The notes: generated from the sequence alone by a model not told the origin. A stretch of 62,005 nt of DNA, filler included, from Deltaproteobacteria bacterium (GCA_030698575.1; 10 parts of 10 records of this genome joined end to end with filler, not necessarily neighbours in it), one strand, 5' to 3'. Positions 28,940-39,230 are shown, numbered from the whole stretch's first letter. Made by a program: numbers and translations.

Positions 28940-29686
28940 ATGTCTTCCACGGATCGGGTCAGGCCCTTCCTGATAGTCCGCGGGCGTGTCGGGTGCCTGT
29001 TGTTGCACGGGCTCACGGGCACGCCCTACGAGCTGCGCGATCTTGGCGATGCGCTTGCGGCCGCCGGCGTGACCGTTTCCTGCCCGCTGTTGCCGGGGCA
29101 TGGCACGGACCCTTTGGATCTCGATGCCACCCGCTGGCCGGACTGGGAGGCTGCCGCCGAAGCCGCCCTGAAGGATCTGGCCGGCCGGACCGACCGGCAG
29201 TTCCTCTGCGGAATCTCCATGGGGGCCTCGCTCGCTATCCGGCTGGCCTCGCGACATGAGGTGGCCGGCCTCATCGCGCTTTCGCCCGCGATCAAGCTGC
29301 GTTCGCGGCTGGCGCCCCTCCTTCCCCTCATCTCCCGCGTGAAGCGTTTCAAAAAGAAGACCTCCGACATCAAGGATCCGGTGGCTCTCGCGCGGCACCC
29401 GAGCTACAAGATGCAGTCGCTCGCGGCGGCGAATTCGCTCCGGGAACTGCTCGAGCTGCTCCCGGGTGACTTTTCGGCCCTCCGGATGCCGCTCCTCGTG
29501 ATGGTTGCCGCCGAAGATCACGTGATCGAATTGTCGGGCGCCCGGCGGCTATATGCGGAGGCGCCGGCCACAGACAAGCGGTTCGTCGTTCTGGAGGACT
29601 CCTACCACGTCATCACCGTCGACCGTGAAGCGGAGCGGGTGCGGCGGGAGGTGGTCGAGTTCGTGCGGGAGATCGCAGGGATATGA
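28940..29686 (+). CDS. Alpha/beta hydrolase (carboxylesterase)
   Basis: LLHGLTG, PGHG, GISMG nucleophile elbow, EDHVI, SYHVIT. Confidence 0.9.
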   Translation: MSSTDRVRPFLIVRGRVGCLLLHGLTGTPYELRDLGDALAAAGVTVSCPLLPGHGTDPLDLDATRWPDWEAAAEAALKDLAGRTDRQFLCGISMGASLAIRLASRHEVAGLIALSPAIKLRSRLAPLLPLISRVKRFKKKTSDIKDPVALARHPSYKMQSLAAANSLRELLELLPGDFSALRMPLLVMVAAEDHVIELSGARRLYAEAPATDKRFVVLEDSYHVITVDREAERVRREVVEFVREIAGI

Positions 29687-30330
29687 AACGCCTGTCGGTG
29701 GTTTTGCTGACATTGCTCTTTGCGGGCGCGGTCTCCCTGGGGGAACGCTACGCCGATGCCGAGCTCGGGTTCACGATGCGGGGGCCCGCGGGATGGCAGA
29801 TCCGCCCCCAGCCGGCGGAGCAGGTGAGTGTCGTCTTCCTGGGTCCCACCCACGACGGTTTCACCTCGAATCTGAATGTGGTGGTCATCGGCGAGATCAT
29901 CGAGACCACCGTTCAGGGGCTCGGGCGTGTGGCTCGGGATCTCGATCAGCGCATGGAGAAGATGGAAGGCATTCGAGACTACCTGATCGTGAGGAGCGGG
30001 ATCACACCGGTGGGTGGCGTTCGCGCGATCTACATCGAGTCGGCCTTCGAGAGGGAAGTAAGCGGAGAAGTTCAGCGCTTCAAGCAGCTCCAGACGCTAA
30101 TCCCGGGCCCAGGGGGGCACAGCATCATCACCTACACCGCGCGATCCGAGATCTTTGAAAGCGCCGTGGCCGATGCGCAGGCGGCGATGAACAGCTTCAC
30201 CGCGCCTCTAGAGTCGCCGGGCGGCGGCCCGCCGGGATGGCGGGGGGTGTTTCTGGCGCTCGGCGCCGCCGCGCTGGGCGGCCTGACGCTGGCCTGGTGG
30301 TCGCGGCGGCGCCGGGAGGGGGAGACGTGA
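29683..30330 (+). CDS. Secreted PsbP/DcrB-like protein with C-terminal membrane anchor
   Basis: Signal peptide, PAGW...SNLNV...ITYTA pattern, C-terminal TM segment followed by RRRR. Confidence 0.55.
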   Translation: MKRLSVVLLTLLFAGAVSLGERYADAELGFTMRGPAGWQIRPQPAEQVSVVFLGPTHDGFTSNLNVVVIGEIIETTVQGLGRVARDLDQRMEKMEGIRDYLIVRSGITPVGGVRAIYIESAFEREVSGEVQRFKQLQTLIPGPGGHSIITYTARSEIFESAVADAQAAMNSFTAPLESPGGGPPGWRGVFLALGAAALGGLTLAWWSRRRREGET

Positions 30331-30387
30331 GAAGAGGGGGAGACGAATGACCCATGAGGGTGATCTGAAGAGGGGGGAAGCAGCGCG

Positions 30388-30795
30388 ATGATCGACCGGA
30401 TACCGAAGGGCGCCGGGCTTGCCCTGGCGACTCTGTTTCTGGCGGGTCTGTTCCTGGCGGTCCTGCCTGGCTGCCGCGGCGAAGGCAAGGCGGGCGAAAC
30501 GGGCGGGGCGAGACCCTCCGGCGTCGCTGCGGACTACTTCTCCTGCGGGAAGGACGGCGACTGCGTCGTCGAAGCGCAGCGGGACTGCTGCCCCTGCAAT
30601 GCGGGGGGAAAGCAGGTGGCCCTGGCCCGGAAGGCTGCCGCGGCCTACGGCCAGGCGAGGACGGCCCGCTGCGCCGGCGATCTGCTCTGTCCCCAGGTCT
30701 ATCTATGCGACGAGTCGGCCGAGGCTGTGTGCCGCGCGGGCCGTTGCGAGATCAGGGGAGCGCCCGCGCCGGGGCTGCCGGCGGTGCTCCGGTAG
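30388..30795 (+). CDS. Cys-rich lipoprotein
   Basis: LPGC lipobox; CxxDxDC, CCPC and CRAGRC motifs. Confidence 0.65.
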   Translation: MIDRIPKGAGLALATLFLAGLFLAVLPGCRGEGKAGETGGARPSGVAADYFSCGKDGDCVVEAQRDCCPCNAGGKQVALARKAAAAYGQARTARCAGDLLCPQVYLCDESAEAVCRAGRCEIRGAPAPGLPAVLR

Positions 30796-30819
30796 GCGGG
30801 ACAGGCAGGGCAGGCCGGG

Positions 30820-30855
30820 AAAAAAAGAGCCCGGCGGGGCTGCCGCCGGGCTCTT
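30820..30855 (-). terminator. Rho-independent terminator of groEL
   Basis: AAGAGCCCGGCGG/CCGCCGGGCTCTT stem, followed by a U7 run on the minus strand. Confidence 0.8.
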
Positions 30856-30884
30856 CGCGTTATGGCGCTAACAGGGAAGGGCGA

Positions 30885-30960
30885 TCAGTAGTCCATGCCC
30901 GAAGGCATCGGAGAGCCGCCTTCCTTGTCGTCCTTTACCTTCTCGGCGATCGTGGCCTCG
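30885..30960 (-). CDS. groEL: Chaperonin GroEL, last 24 codons only
   Basis: Hand translation gives EATIAEKVKDDKEGGSPMPSGMDY*. Confidence 0.75.
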
Positions 30961-31060
30961 NNNNNNNNNNNNNNNNNNNNNNNNNNNNNNNNNNNNNNNN
31001 NNNNTTAATTAATTAANNNNNNNNNNNNNNNNNNNNNNNNNNNNNNNNNNNNNNNNNNNN

Positions 31061-31672
31061 CCGGACGGCCTGTCGGTCGACTACGTCCTCGGCCTCATGG
31101 AGGCCGGCATGAAGGAAGGTCTGATCGTGGACCTCATCCGGTCGCGCGACCTGCACTTCGATCTGCGACCCGGCGACCTCGATCGCCTGCTGGCGGCCGA
31201 CGCCGGCGAGGCCCTCATCGGCGTCGTGGTTCGCAATGGACGCCGCGTCGATTCCCCATCCTGGTCGCGACCCCGCCGGCTCGAGGAGGGCGCGACGAGC
31301 AATGGGACGAAATCATCCGGCGCGACGACGGGGGAGGAGGCCGGCCAGGCGCCGCCGCCGGTGGAACGCTGGTACGGCGGCGTTTATACCTACGTGGGGG
31401 CGCCCTACGGGTACGGCTACTGGGCATACCCGTATGCGGACCCCTACCCTTACTACTCCTACTACTACGCCTATCCGTATTCCTATCGCTATGGCTATCC
31501 GTACTATGGCGGTTATGGGTATCGCGGTGCCACCGCGCCGCCGCGTGGCTACAACGCTCCGCGATCGGGTGGCTGGCACTCCTCACCACCGCGGGGGAGC
31601 GGGAGCGCCCCGCGCGGTGGGTCATCCGGCGGCGGTGCGCCGTCCAGTCGTCCGCCGCGCGGTTCCCACTGA
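31061..31672 (+). CDS. Hypothetical protein with Tyr/Gly/Pro-rich low-complexity tail, 5' truncated
   Basis: Short helical domain followed by YPYYSYYYAYPY... and a G/S/R/P-rich tail. Confidence 0.65.
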   Translation, partial: PDGLSVDYVLGLMEAGMKEGLIVDLIRSRDLHFDLRPGDLDRLLAADAGEALIGVVVRNGRRVDSPSWSRPRRLEEGATSNGTKSSGATTGEEAGQAPPPVERWYGGVYTYVGAPYGYGYWAYPYADPYPYYSYYYAYPYSYRYGYPYYGGYGYRGATAPPRGYNAPRSGGWHSSPPRGSGSAPRGGSSGGGAPSSRPPRGSH

Positions 31673-31733
31673 GGATCCGATCGGCCGACCAGCGCCTCCC
31701 GGAGCCCTCGGGGGCCGCCGGTCCGGGGAATGC

Positions 31734-31762
31734 TTGACCTCATTGGAGCAAGTGCCTAGAAT
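31734..31762 (+). promoter_or_regulatory. Sigma70-like promoter of tRNA-Pro/Arg
   Basis: TTGACC-N17-TAGAAT. Confidence 0.65.
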
Positions 31763-31820
31763 GACCGCTCTTGCAGGGGGTTCCGACGCTCGGGAGTACG
31801 CGGGTCGTCCGGCGTCACAG

Positions 31821-31897
31821 CGGGGCGTAGCGCAGCCTGGTAGCGCATCTGCTTTGGGAGCAGAGGGTCGGTGGTTCGAATCCACTCGCCCCGACCA
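31821..31897 (+). tRNA. tRNA-Pro(TGG)
   Basis: Cloverleaf, TTTGGGA anticodon loop, GTTCGAATC, CCA end. Confidence 0.95.
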
Positions 31898-31967
31898 ACG
31901 CCCCTGCCGGGGGTCGCGAGCGTTGTGCGACCCGTCGGGCGGTGCCCGGAAACGTCGAGGAGATTAC

Positions 31968-32045
31968 GCGCCTGTAGCTCAGCTGGATTAGAGCACCAGC
32001 CTCCGAAGCTGGGGGTCGTAGGTTCGAATCCTATCAGGCGCGCCA
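31968..32045 (+). tRNA. tRNA-Arg(CCG)
   Basis: CCAGC-CTCCGAA-GCTGG anticodon arm, CCA end. Confidence 0.95.
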
Positions 32046-32132
32046 TTTATCAAGTGGCGGGTGGCCCCGTCGGCGGGACGGGACACGCGGCCCCGGGGCA
32101 GCCGGCGGAGTCGCCGTAGCGCCGGGGTCTTC

Positions 32133-32615
32133 GTGCGTCAGGAGGAGATTTTGGAGCTGGAACCCCGCGGTGCACGGCCGGCGCTCGGGCTGCAGGTGAC
32201 GCTGATCGTGCTGGTAGCCCTCCTGCCGGTCGTTTGGCTCGTCGGCCGGCGCACCGCGCCGGCGGCGACCTCGACGCCGCTGCTCCTGGGGGGTGCCGCG
32301 ACGCATCTTCAGCTCACGGCCAGCCACCTCGGACTGGGGGCCGACCAGCCACCGGAGGTCACACTCCCGGCCGGTCCCGGATCGACCGTGCTGATCGAAT
32401 TCCCTCTCCCCGAGGGGAGAACGCCCCCGTACCAGCTGAGTCTCACAGGTCCTGATGGGGGGCTCATCTGGCAGGTGGTTCGGCCGGATCTTCCGGTGAT
32501 CGAGGGGTCGTTGCAGCTCGCCGTCCCGGCCTCCCTGCTACGCGGCGGCCGCAACAGCCTGGTCATCCGGGACGCCCGGGGAATGACCACCAGTCTGCCG
32601 TTCCTGGCGCGTTGA
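32133..32615 (+). CDS. Hypothetical membrane-anchored protein inside the tRNA cluster
   Basis: N-terminal TM segment and beta-rich C-domain. Start uncertain. Confidence 0.55.
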   Translation: MRQEEILELEPRGARPALGLQVTLIVLVALLPVVWLVGRRTAPAATSTPLLLGGAATHLQLTASHLGLGADQPPEVTLPAGPGSTVLIEFPLPEGRTPPYQLSLTGPDGGLIWQVVRPDLPVIEGSLQLAVPASLLRGGRNSLVIRDARGMTTSLPFLAR

Positions 32616-32724
32616 GCGGGCCTGGCGCGCTTGCAGGGGCGTCCCGGCGCTGTGGTAAGATACCGCCCCTCGTCAGGTGTCTGAAATTGACGGCAGCCGG
32701 GGCGCGTTCCGGCCGGGTGAGGAA

Positions 32725-32800
<76 letters not shown>

Positions 32801-32860
32801 TCCGCCCCGGCGTCAAGAAGGCTGCGATGTCGGAGCGGGACCGCAGCCAGCGAGATGTAT

Positions 32861-32937
32861 GGTGAGTGTAGCTCAGTCGGTAGAGCACCGGGTTGTGGCC
32901 CCGGTGGTCGTGGGTTCGAGCCCCATCACTCACCCCA
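32861..32937 (+). tRNA. tRNA-His(GTG)
   Basis: G-1, CCGGG-TTGTGGC-CCCGG arm, CCCA end. Confidence 0.95.
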
Positions 32938-32958
32938 GATTCTTTCGGATCACGATGT

Positions 32959-33034
<76 letters not shown>

Positions 33035-33191
33035 CTCGTTTCCCTTCATCGTTCGCTCCCCACGGCAGAGACTGCGTCACGAGTTTCGCATCACCCGGTC
33101 CCGGCGGGGCGGTCGGGGCTTTGAACCGGCCGCGGTTCCGATGCTAGGATGGCCGTCCGGGGCGGCGCCGTGAACCGCGAGGGAGATCCTG

Positions 33192-33419
33192 ATGGTGCAG
33201 AAAAATGTGCGTATCTTCGGCAAAGACACCTGACCCTACACCACCTCGGCCCGTGAGGCCTACCAGGACAAGGGATACGCCGTTCAGTACCACGACGTGC
33301 TGAGCGATTCACAGCAGCTTCAGGAGATGTTGCGATTCTCCCGGGGCGGTCGCTCGGTCCCGGTCATCGTGGAGGGGGACAAGGTCACGATCGGCTACGG
33401 CGGCAGCTGAGCCATCTGA
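33192..33419 (+). CDS. Glutaredoxin-like selenoprotein with two Sec codons (U-x-x-stop type)
   Basis: MVQKNVRIFGKDT-U-PYTTSAREAY...GRSVPVIVEGDKVTIGYGGS-U-AI*. TGA at 33231 and 33408, each followed by a hairpin. GGGAG RBS; upstream TTGAAC-N18-TAGGAT. Confidence 0.85.
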
Positions 33420-33422
33420 CCA

Positions 33423-33441
33423 CTCCGGCCGGTGGCCGGAG
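33423..33441 (+). promoter_or_regulatory. SECIS-like hairpin for the second UGA
   Basis: CTCCGGCC-GGT-GGCCGGAG beginning 12 nt after the TGA at 33408-33410. Confidence 0.7.
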
Positions 33442-33683
33442 ACGCGACAGCAAGCCCCCCGTCACGTGCAGGGGTCGAGACTCGATATGCCCGCCCTTCA
33501 TGAGCGCCTCCGCTTCCAGAACCAGCTCTGCCGGCTCCTGGAATCGATCGATGATCCGGTCAAGATCTACAAGAGCGCGCTGANNNNNNNNNNNNNNNNN
33601 NNNNNNNNNNNNNNNNNNNNNNNNNNNTTAATTAATTAANNNNNNNNNNNNNNNNNNNNNNNNNNNNNNNNNNNNNNNNNNNN

Positions 33684-35868
<2,185 letters not shown>

Positions 35869-36289
35869 CAGGGCACACGATGGTGGGGCTTGATCGGACC
35901 GTAAGATACTTTTTTGGAACCCGACCCTTCCGTGTTACACAGAACAGTCTATCCGCGGAGGCCTACAGTGCGTAGGCCACAGGAGAGCAGTATTATTGGG
36001 GGATTGAGAGCGATGGGAGCCCGACCCTCTGCGTGATAGACTGACCCGGTCTGCAGGAACAATGGATAGCAGAACTTTCTAATTCTAGTTCATAGCTTGG
36101 TACTTAAGCATCAAAACCGACATATTCCAATCCGAATTGCATTCTGCCCCGCAGGCGGTCCCGTTTAGGATGGGCTCGGCGGGCATTGGNNNNNNNNNNN
36201 NNNNNNNNNNNNNNNNNNNNNNNNNNNNNNNNNTTAATTAATTAANNNNNNNNNNNNNNNNNNNNNNNNNNNNNNNNNNNNNNNNNNNN

Positions 36290-36581
36290 CGGCCTCCCGG
36301 ACGCAGATGTCCGCGTCCCGCGCCGGCCCGGGTTCGCTCGGCGCGGGACGTCTATCCCCCGCGCCGGTCTCGATCCGGCTGCCGCCCTTGAACACGCGCC
36401 CGATCAGCCTCACCTCGGCGGTGTCGATCACATCGAGCACGTCGGCGAGTTCACGGCGCGCGAGTTCGTCGTGCGCCCGGAGGAGACCAGCGATCAGGCG
36501 CAGGCGCGCGAGGCGGGCCGCCCGCGCCTGGTCCTTCACGGCGCCGGCGATGTCGAGCCTGCTGGCATCACGCATCAGCAT
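36290..36581 (-). CDS. Hypothetical protein, 3' truncated
   Basis: GAGGAGG RBS inside the upstream gene; open to the contig end. Confidence 0.55.
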
Positions 36582-37152
36582 CAGCGTCCTCCTCCTCCTC
36601 GCCGAGCAGGGACCACTCAGCGAGCGTCAGCGGTGACGGCACGTCCTCGTCGCCGTCCAGGCGGGCGCCGTCCTGGACGGCGCCGGCCAGGTCGGCGCCG
36701 GCCAGGACGGCCCTGCGCAGGTCGGCCCCAGTCAGGTCGGAGGCGCGCATGTCGGCCCGGCGCAGGATGGCCACGGTCAGGTCGGACCAGCGCAGGTCGG
36801 AGGCGCGCAGGTCGGCCCCGGTCAGGTTGGACCTGCGCAGGCGGGCACTGCACAGGATTGCCTCGCGCAGGACGACCTCGCGCAGGACGGCCTCGCGCAG
36901 GTCGGCGCCGCGCAGGCAGGCGCCGGTCAGGTCGGCGCCGGTCAGGTCGACGCCGCGCAGGTCGGCGCCGGACAGGATGGCGCCGAGCAGGCAGGCGCCG
37001 CGCAGGTCGGCGCCGCGCAGGACGGCCCCGCGCAGGACGGCCCCGCGCAGGACGAGGCTCGGGTCCCACGGCCTTACGGCCCGCCTGGCGGCCCGGTCCT
37101 CGCGTTGGAGGCGCGCGTGGGCCTCCGCGCGGAAGTGGATCGAGGGGGTCAC
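36568..37152 (-). CDS. Pentapeptide-repeat protein
   Basis: About 28 A(D/V/I)LxG/R/E pentapeptides. GTG start overlaps the upstream TGA. Confidence 0.9.
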   Translation of the reverse strand: MTPSIHFRAEAHARLQREDRAARRAVRPWDPSLVLRGAVLRGAVLRGADLRGACLLGAILSGADLRGVDLTGADLTGACLRGADLREAVLREVVLREAILCSARLRRSNLTGADLRASDLRWSDLTVAILRRADMRASDLTGADLRRAVLAGADLAGAVQDGARLDGDEDVPSPLTLAEWSLLGEEEEDADADA

Positions 37153-37352
37153 GGCGTCACCTCCTCGGGGAGGCCCTTGGCGTAGGCCATGTCGGCGTCG
37201 CGCAGGCGGGCGTCGCGCAGGTCGGCCCCGAGCAAGTCGAGGCCGGACAGATCGATGCTCAAGTCCCACGGCCTCACAGGCCGCTGGGCGGCCCGGTCCT
37301 CGCGCTGGAGAGCCACGTGGGCCTCCGCGCGCTCGCGATTCGAGGCGCTCAC
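37149..37352 (-). CDS. Short pentapeptide-repeat protein sharing its N-terminal module with the downstream gene
   Basis: RAEAHVALQREDRAAQRPVRPWD followed by DLSGLDLLGADLRDARLRDADM. Confidence 0.75.
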   Translation of the reverse strand: MSASNRERAEAHVALQREDRAAQRPVRPWDLSIDLSGLDLLGADLRDARLRDADMAYAKGLPEEVTP

Positions 37353-37488
37353 GGTGTCACCGCAGGCCCGGAGGCCTGGCAGGCTGGGCACCCGGGCTCG
37401 GGCCCCCAGCCATCGCCCGTGTACCAATTATGGCATCCGCAGCCAACGAGTTCCCCCGCGGCGGCGGAGGCGGCTGTGGCCGCGTCAT
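37349..37488 (-). pseudogene. Small cassette gene; probable frameshifted Cys-rich peptide
   Basis: ATG at 37488 after GAGGAG gives a 43-aa ORF ending at 37357. An adjacent frame encodes GCGCHNWYTGDGWGPEPGCPACQ and ends in a GTGA overlap with the next gene. Confidence 0.4.
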
Positions 37489-37504
37489 CGTCTCTCTCCT
37501 CGGC

Positions 37505-37586
37505 TTGCGGCGGGCCCCACGCCCGCCTCGGTTTCAGATACCCCCTCCCGGTCGCGAGCCGGGGCCGCCGTGAGCGGGCGGGGGCG
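37505..37586 (-). repeat. Structured intergenic repeat, copy R1 (82 bp)
   Basis: Near-identical to 38008-38088; its first 34 bp are identical to 38412-38445. Confidence 0.92.
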
Positions 37587-37592
37587 CTGGTG

Positions 37593-37992
37593 CTACTCCT
37601 CGTCGTCCTCGACTGCCTCGGCGGCGAGGGCCTCGGACGCGAGGCGCTCGGCCAGGTCCGACACCGGTCCCCACACCGGGTCGTCTCCGTAATCACGTTC
37701 GGCGAGCGACGCGCGCGCGCACAGCCCGGCCGCGCGATCCCAGTCGCCGCGCTCGGCGGCCTCGACTGCCTCCGCGCCGTAATTCGCGGCAGCGGCCGCA
37801 GAATACGCTACCGAGGCGCAGAGCGAGCAGCCTGGGCGGCCGCCGTCACAGTACTCCGGCTGGACGCCGTCACAGTACTCCGGCTGGACGCCGTCCAAAC
37901 GGTACTCGTGCGTCCAGTCGCCCCCCCCCCCAGGAGACCGCTGCCGCTTCGACGGCGCGGCGAAGGACGGCGGCGGCGGTGTCGGTGCTCAT
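37593..37992 (-). pseudogene. Acidic helical protein interrupted by a G11 tract (one extra base)
   Basis: 400 nt from ATG to TAG. Removing one G from 37921-37931 gives a 132-aa ORF. Confidence 0.7.
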
Positions 37993-38007
37993 CTTGCTCT
38001 CCGTTGG

Positions 38008-38088
38008 TTGCGGCGGGCCCCACGCCCGCCTAGCGTCAGATACCCCCTCCCGGTCGCGAGCCGGGGCCGCCGCGAGCGGGCGGGGGCG
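38008..38088 (-). repeat. Structured intergenic repeat, copy R2 (81 bp)
   Basis: Matches R1 except in a short linker and one loop base. Confidence 0.92.
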
Positions 38089-38094
38089 GCGTGG

Positions 38095-38400
38095 TCAGTC
38101 GAGGCGCTCACCGAAGGGCTCAACGCCCTCGGCCTCACAGTCCTCGCAGGCCGGGCACTGGCCCGACGGCCAGCCACCGGCCGGCGGCTCGCCGTCCGGG
38201 TGACAGCGGGTGCACAACGGCTCGCCCTCTGCCTCCAGACCCGCCTCCTCCTCCTGCCGCGGCCGGCCGCAGCAGGAGCACTTGGCCTCGGCCCTGGCCG
38301 CAACGTTGGAATCCCACTCGAGCCCCGCCCAATCCTGGGCGTGGGCCTCGACGTAGGCGGTGAGGGCGGTGAGGGCGGCTGTGTCTGTGGTGCTCATCAT
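38095..38400 (-). CDS. Small acidic Zn-finger protein
   Basis: GGAGAG RBS; CSCC, CTRC and CPACEDC motifs. Confidence 0.75.
   Translation of the reverse strand: MMSTTDTAALTALTAYVEAHAQDWAGLEWDSNVAARAEAKCSCCGRPRQEEEAGLEAEGEPLCTRCHPDGEPPAGGWPSGQCPACEDCEAEGVEPFGERLD
38190..38290. repeat. 101-bp inverted repeat, copy A
   Basis: Reverse complement of 40546-40646 with 1 mismatch (38230 vs 40606). Confidence 0.95.
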
Positions 38401-38411
38401 CTCTCCGGTGG

Positions 38412-38445
38412 TTGCGGCGGGCCCCACGCCCGCCTCGGTTTCAGA
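38412..38445 (-). repeat. Structured intergenic repeat, partial copy R3 (34 bp)
   Basis: Identical to 37505-37538. Confidence 0.9.
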
Positions 38446-38463
38446 AGCCTCGGGTCCTCGGCA

Positions 38464-38548
38464 ACACTGGACACACTGGAAACCTCCTCTCGACCCCTGT
38501 ATACTGGCACACTGAACCGGAGGAGTCAATAGTGGACCGAAAAAAAAA
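38464..38548 (-). promoter_or_regulatory. Promoter of the cassette array with UP-like T9 tract and four CAGTRT boxes
   Basis: T9...TTGACT-N17-CAGTAT. AYACTG(G/A) occurs at 38464, 38473, 38501 and 38509 on the + strand. Confidence 0.6.
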
Positions 38549-38810
38549 CCCGTGGCCCCGTCACTTGGGTGGCGGAGCGCTGGCAGGTGGGGCTCTCGAA
38601 GCGACATCTCGCGCCGAAGGCGCGGGTTATCCAGCTCCTCCTCGACCTGGCGGCTGACGAGCTCGGCCTGCCCGGGGAGCCGCTCGACCCTGGCAGGGGG
38701 CGGTGAGGGGTCAGTAGGGCAGGTCGGCGTCGGGCGGCCCGCGGTATCGAGGTCTAGGCGGCACAGGCCCTTGACATCTCGTACGTGTAGCGCAGTAATG
38801 GTCTGGGTGG

Positions 38811-39230
38811 TCATGCCACTCCTCCGGGCTCTGGGATGTCTACCCCAAATTCGGTCAGCGCCCACTGCCGAGCCCAGTCGATCAACGCCGTGAATTCAGC
38901 CGTCGTCAGCCGTGACGACGACGTACATCGCGGCACTCGCTGTCCGAGCGCCTCGCCACTCCATCCACGCCAGCACGCCAGTAGCGCGTAGTGGATGCGG
39001 TCGAGGCCATCGGCTCCGCTTTCGCCCACGTGCTGGGCCACGCGCGGCACGACCACGCCCCACCAATAGCGGTTCTGATCCGTCGAGCGGCGCGCGCGAG
39101 TTCGACGGATCACCAGCTCGACGCGGATCCCTTCGAGGCGCTCCAGGTAGGCCGCTAGTCTCTGGCGGTCGAGCCCGTCGAGACGACCATCGCGGACCAT
39201 GGCGTGCCACACGGGCACAGGAGAGCTCAT
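38811..39230 (-). CDS. NinB-like phage recombination-associated protein
   Basis: RSTDQNRYWWG...SSSRLTTAEFTALID...GVDIPEP. Confidence 0.65.
   Translation of the reverse strand: MSSPVPVWHAMVRDGRLDGLDRQRLAAYLERLEGIRVELVIRRTRARRSTDQNRYWWGVVVPRVAQHVGESGADGLDRIHYALLACWRGWSGEALGQRVPRCTSSSRLTTAEFTALIDWARQWALTEFGVDIPEPGGVA

Noticed and set aside
33487-33583. ORF start MPALHERLRFQNQLCRLLESIDDP at the contig end
   Set aside because: Only 32 codons are visible, too short to assign.
36620-37060. 15-bp tandem DNA repeats
   Set aside because: Fully explained by the pentapeptide-repeat coding sequence.
37505-37540. CUGA...GA-stem-GCAA in the repeat as a hammerhead ribozyme
   Set aside because: The core needs CUGANGA and GAAA. 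Spacing and sequence do not fit, and copy R2 lacks the GA.
37505-38445. Repeats R1-R3 as a CRISPR array or integron attC sites
   Set aside because: The repeats are about 82 bp with 320-420-bp gene-containing intervals and no cas genes. There are no RYYYAAC/GTTRRRY ends and no tyrosine integrase.
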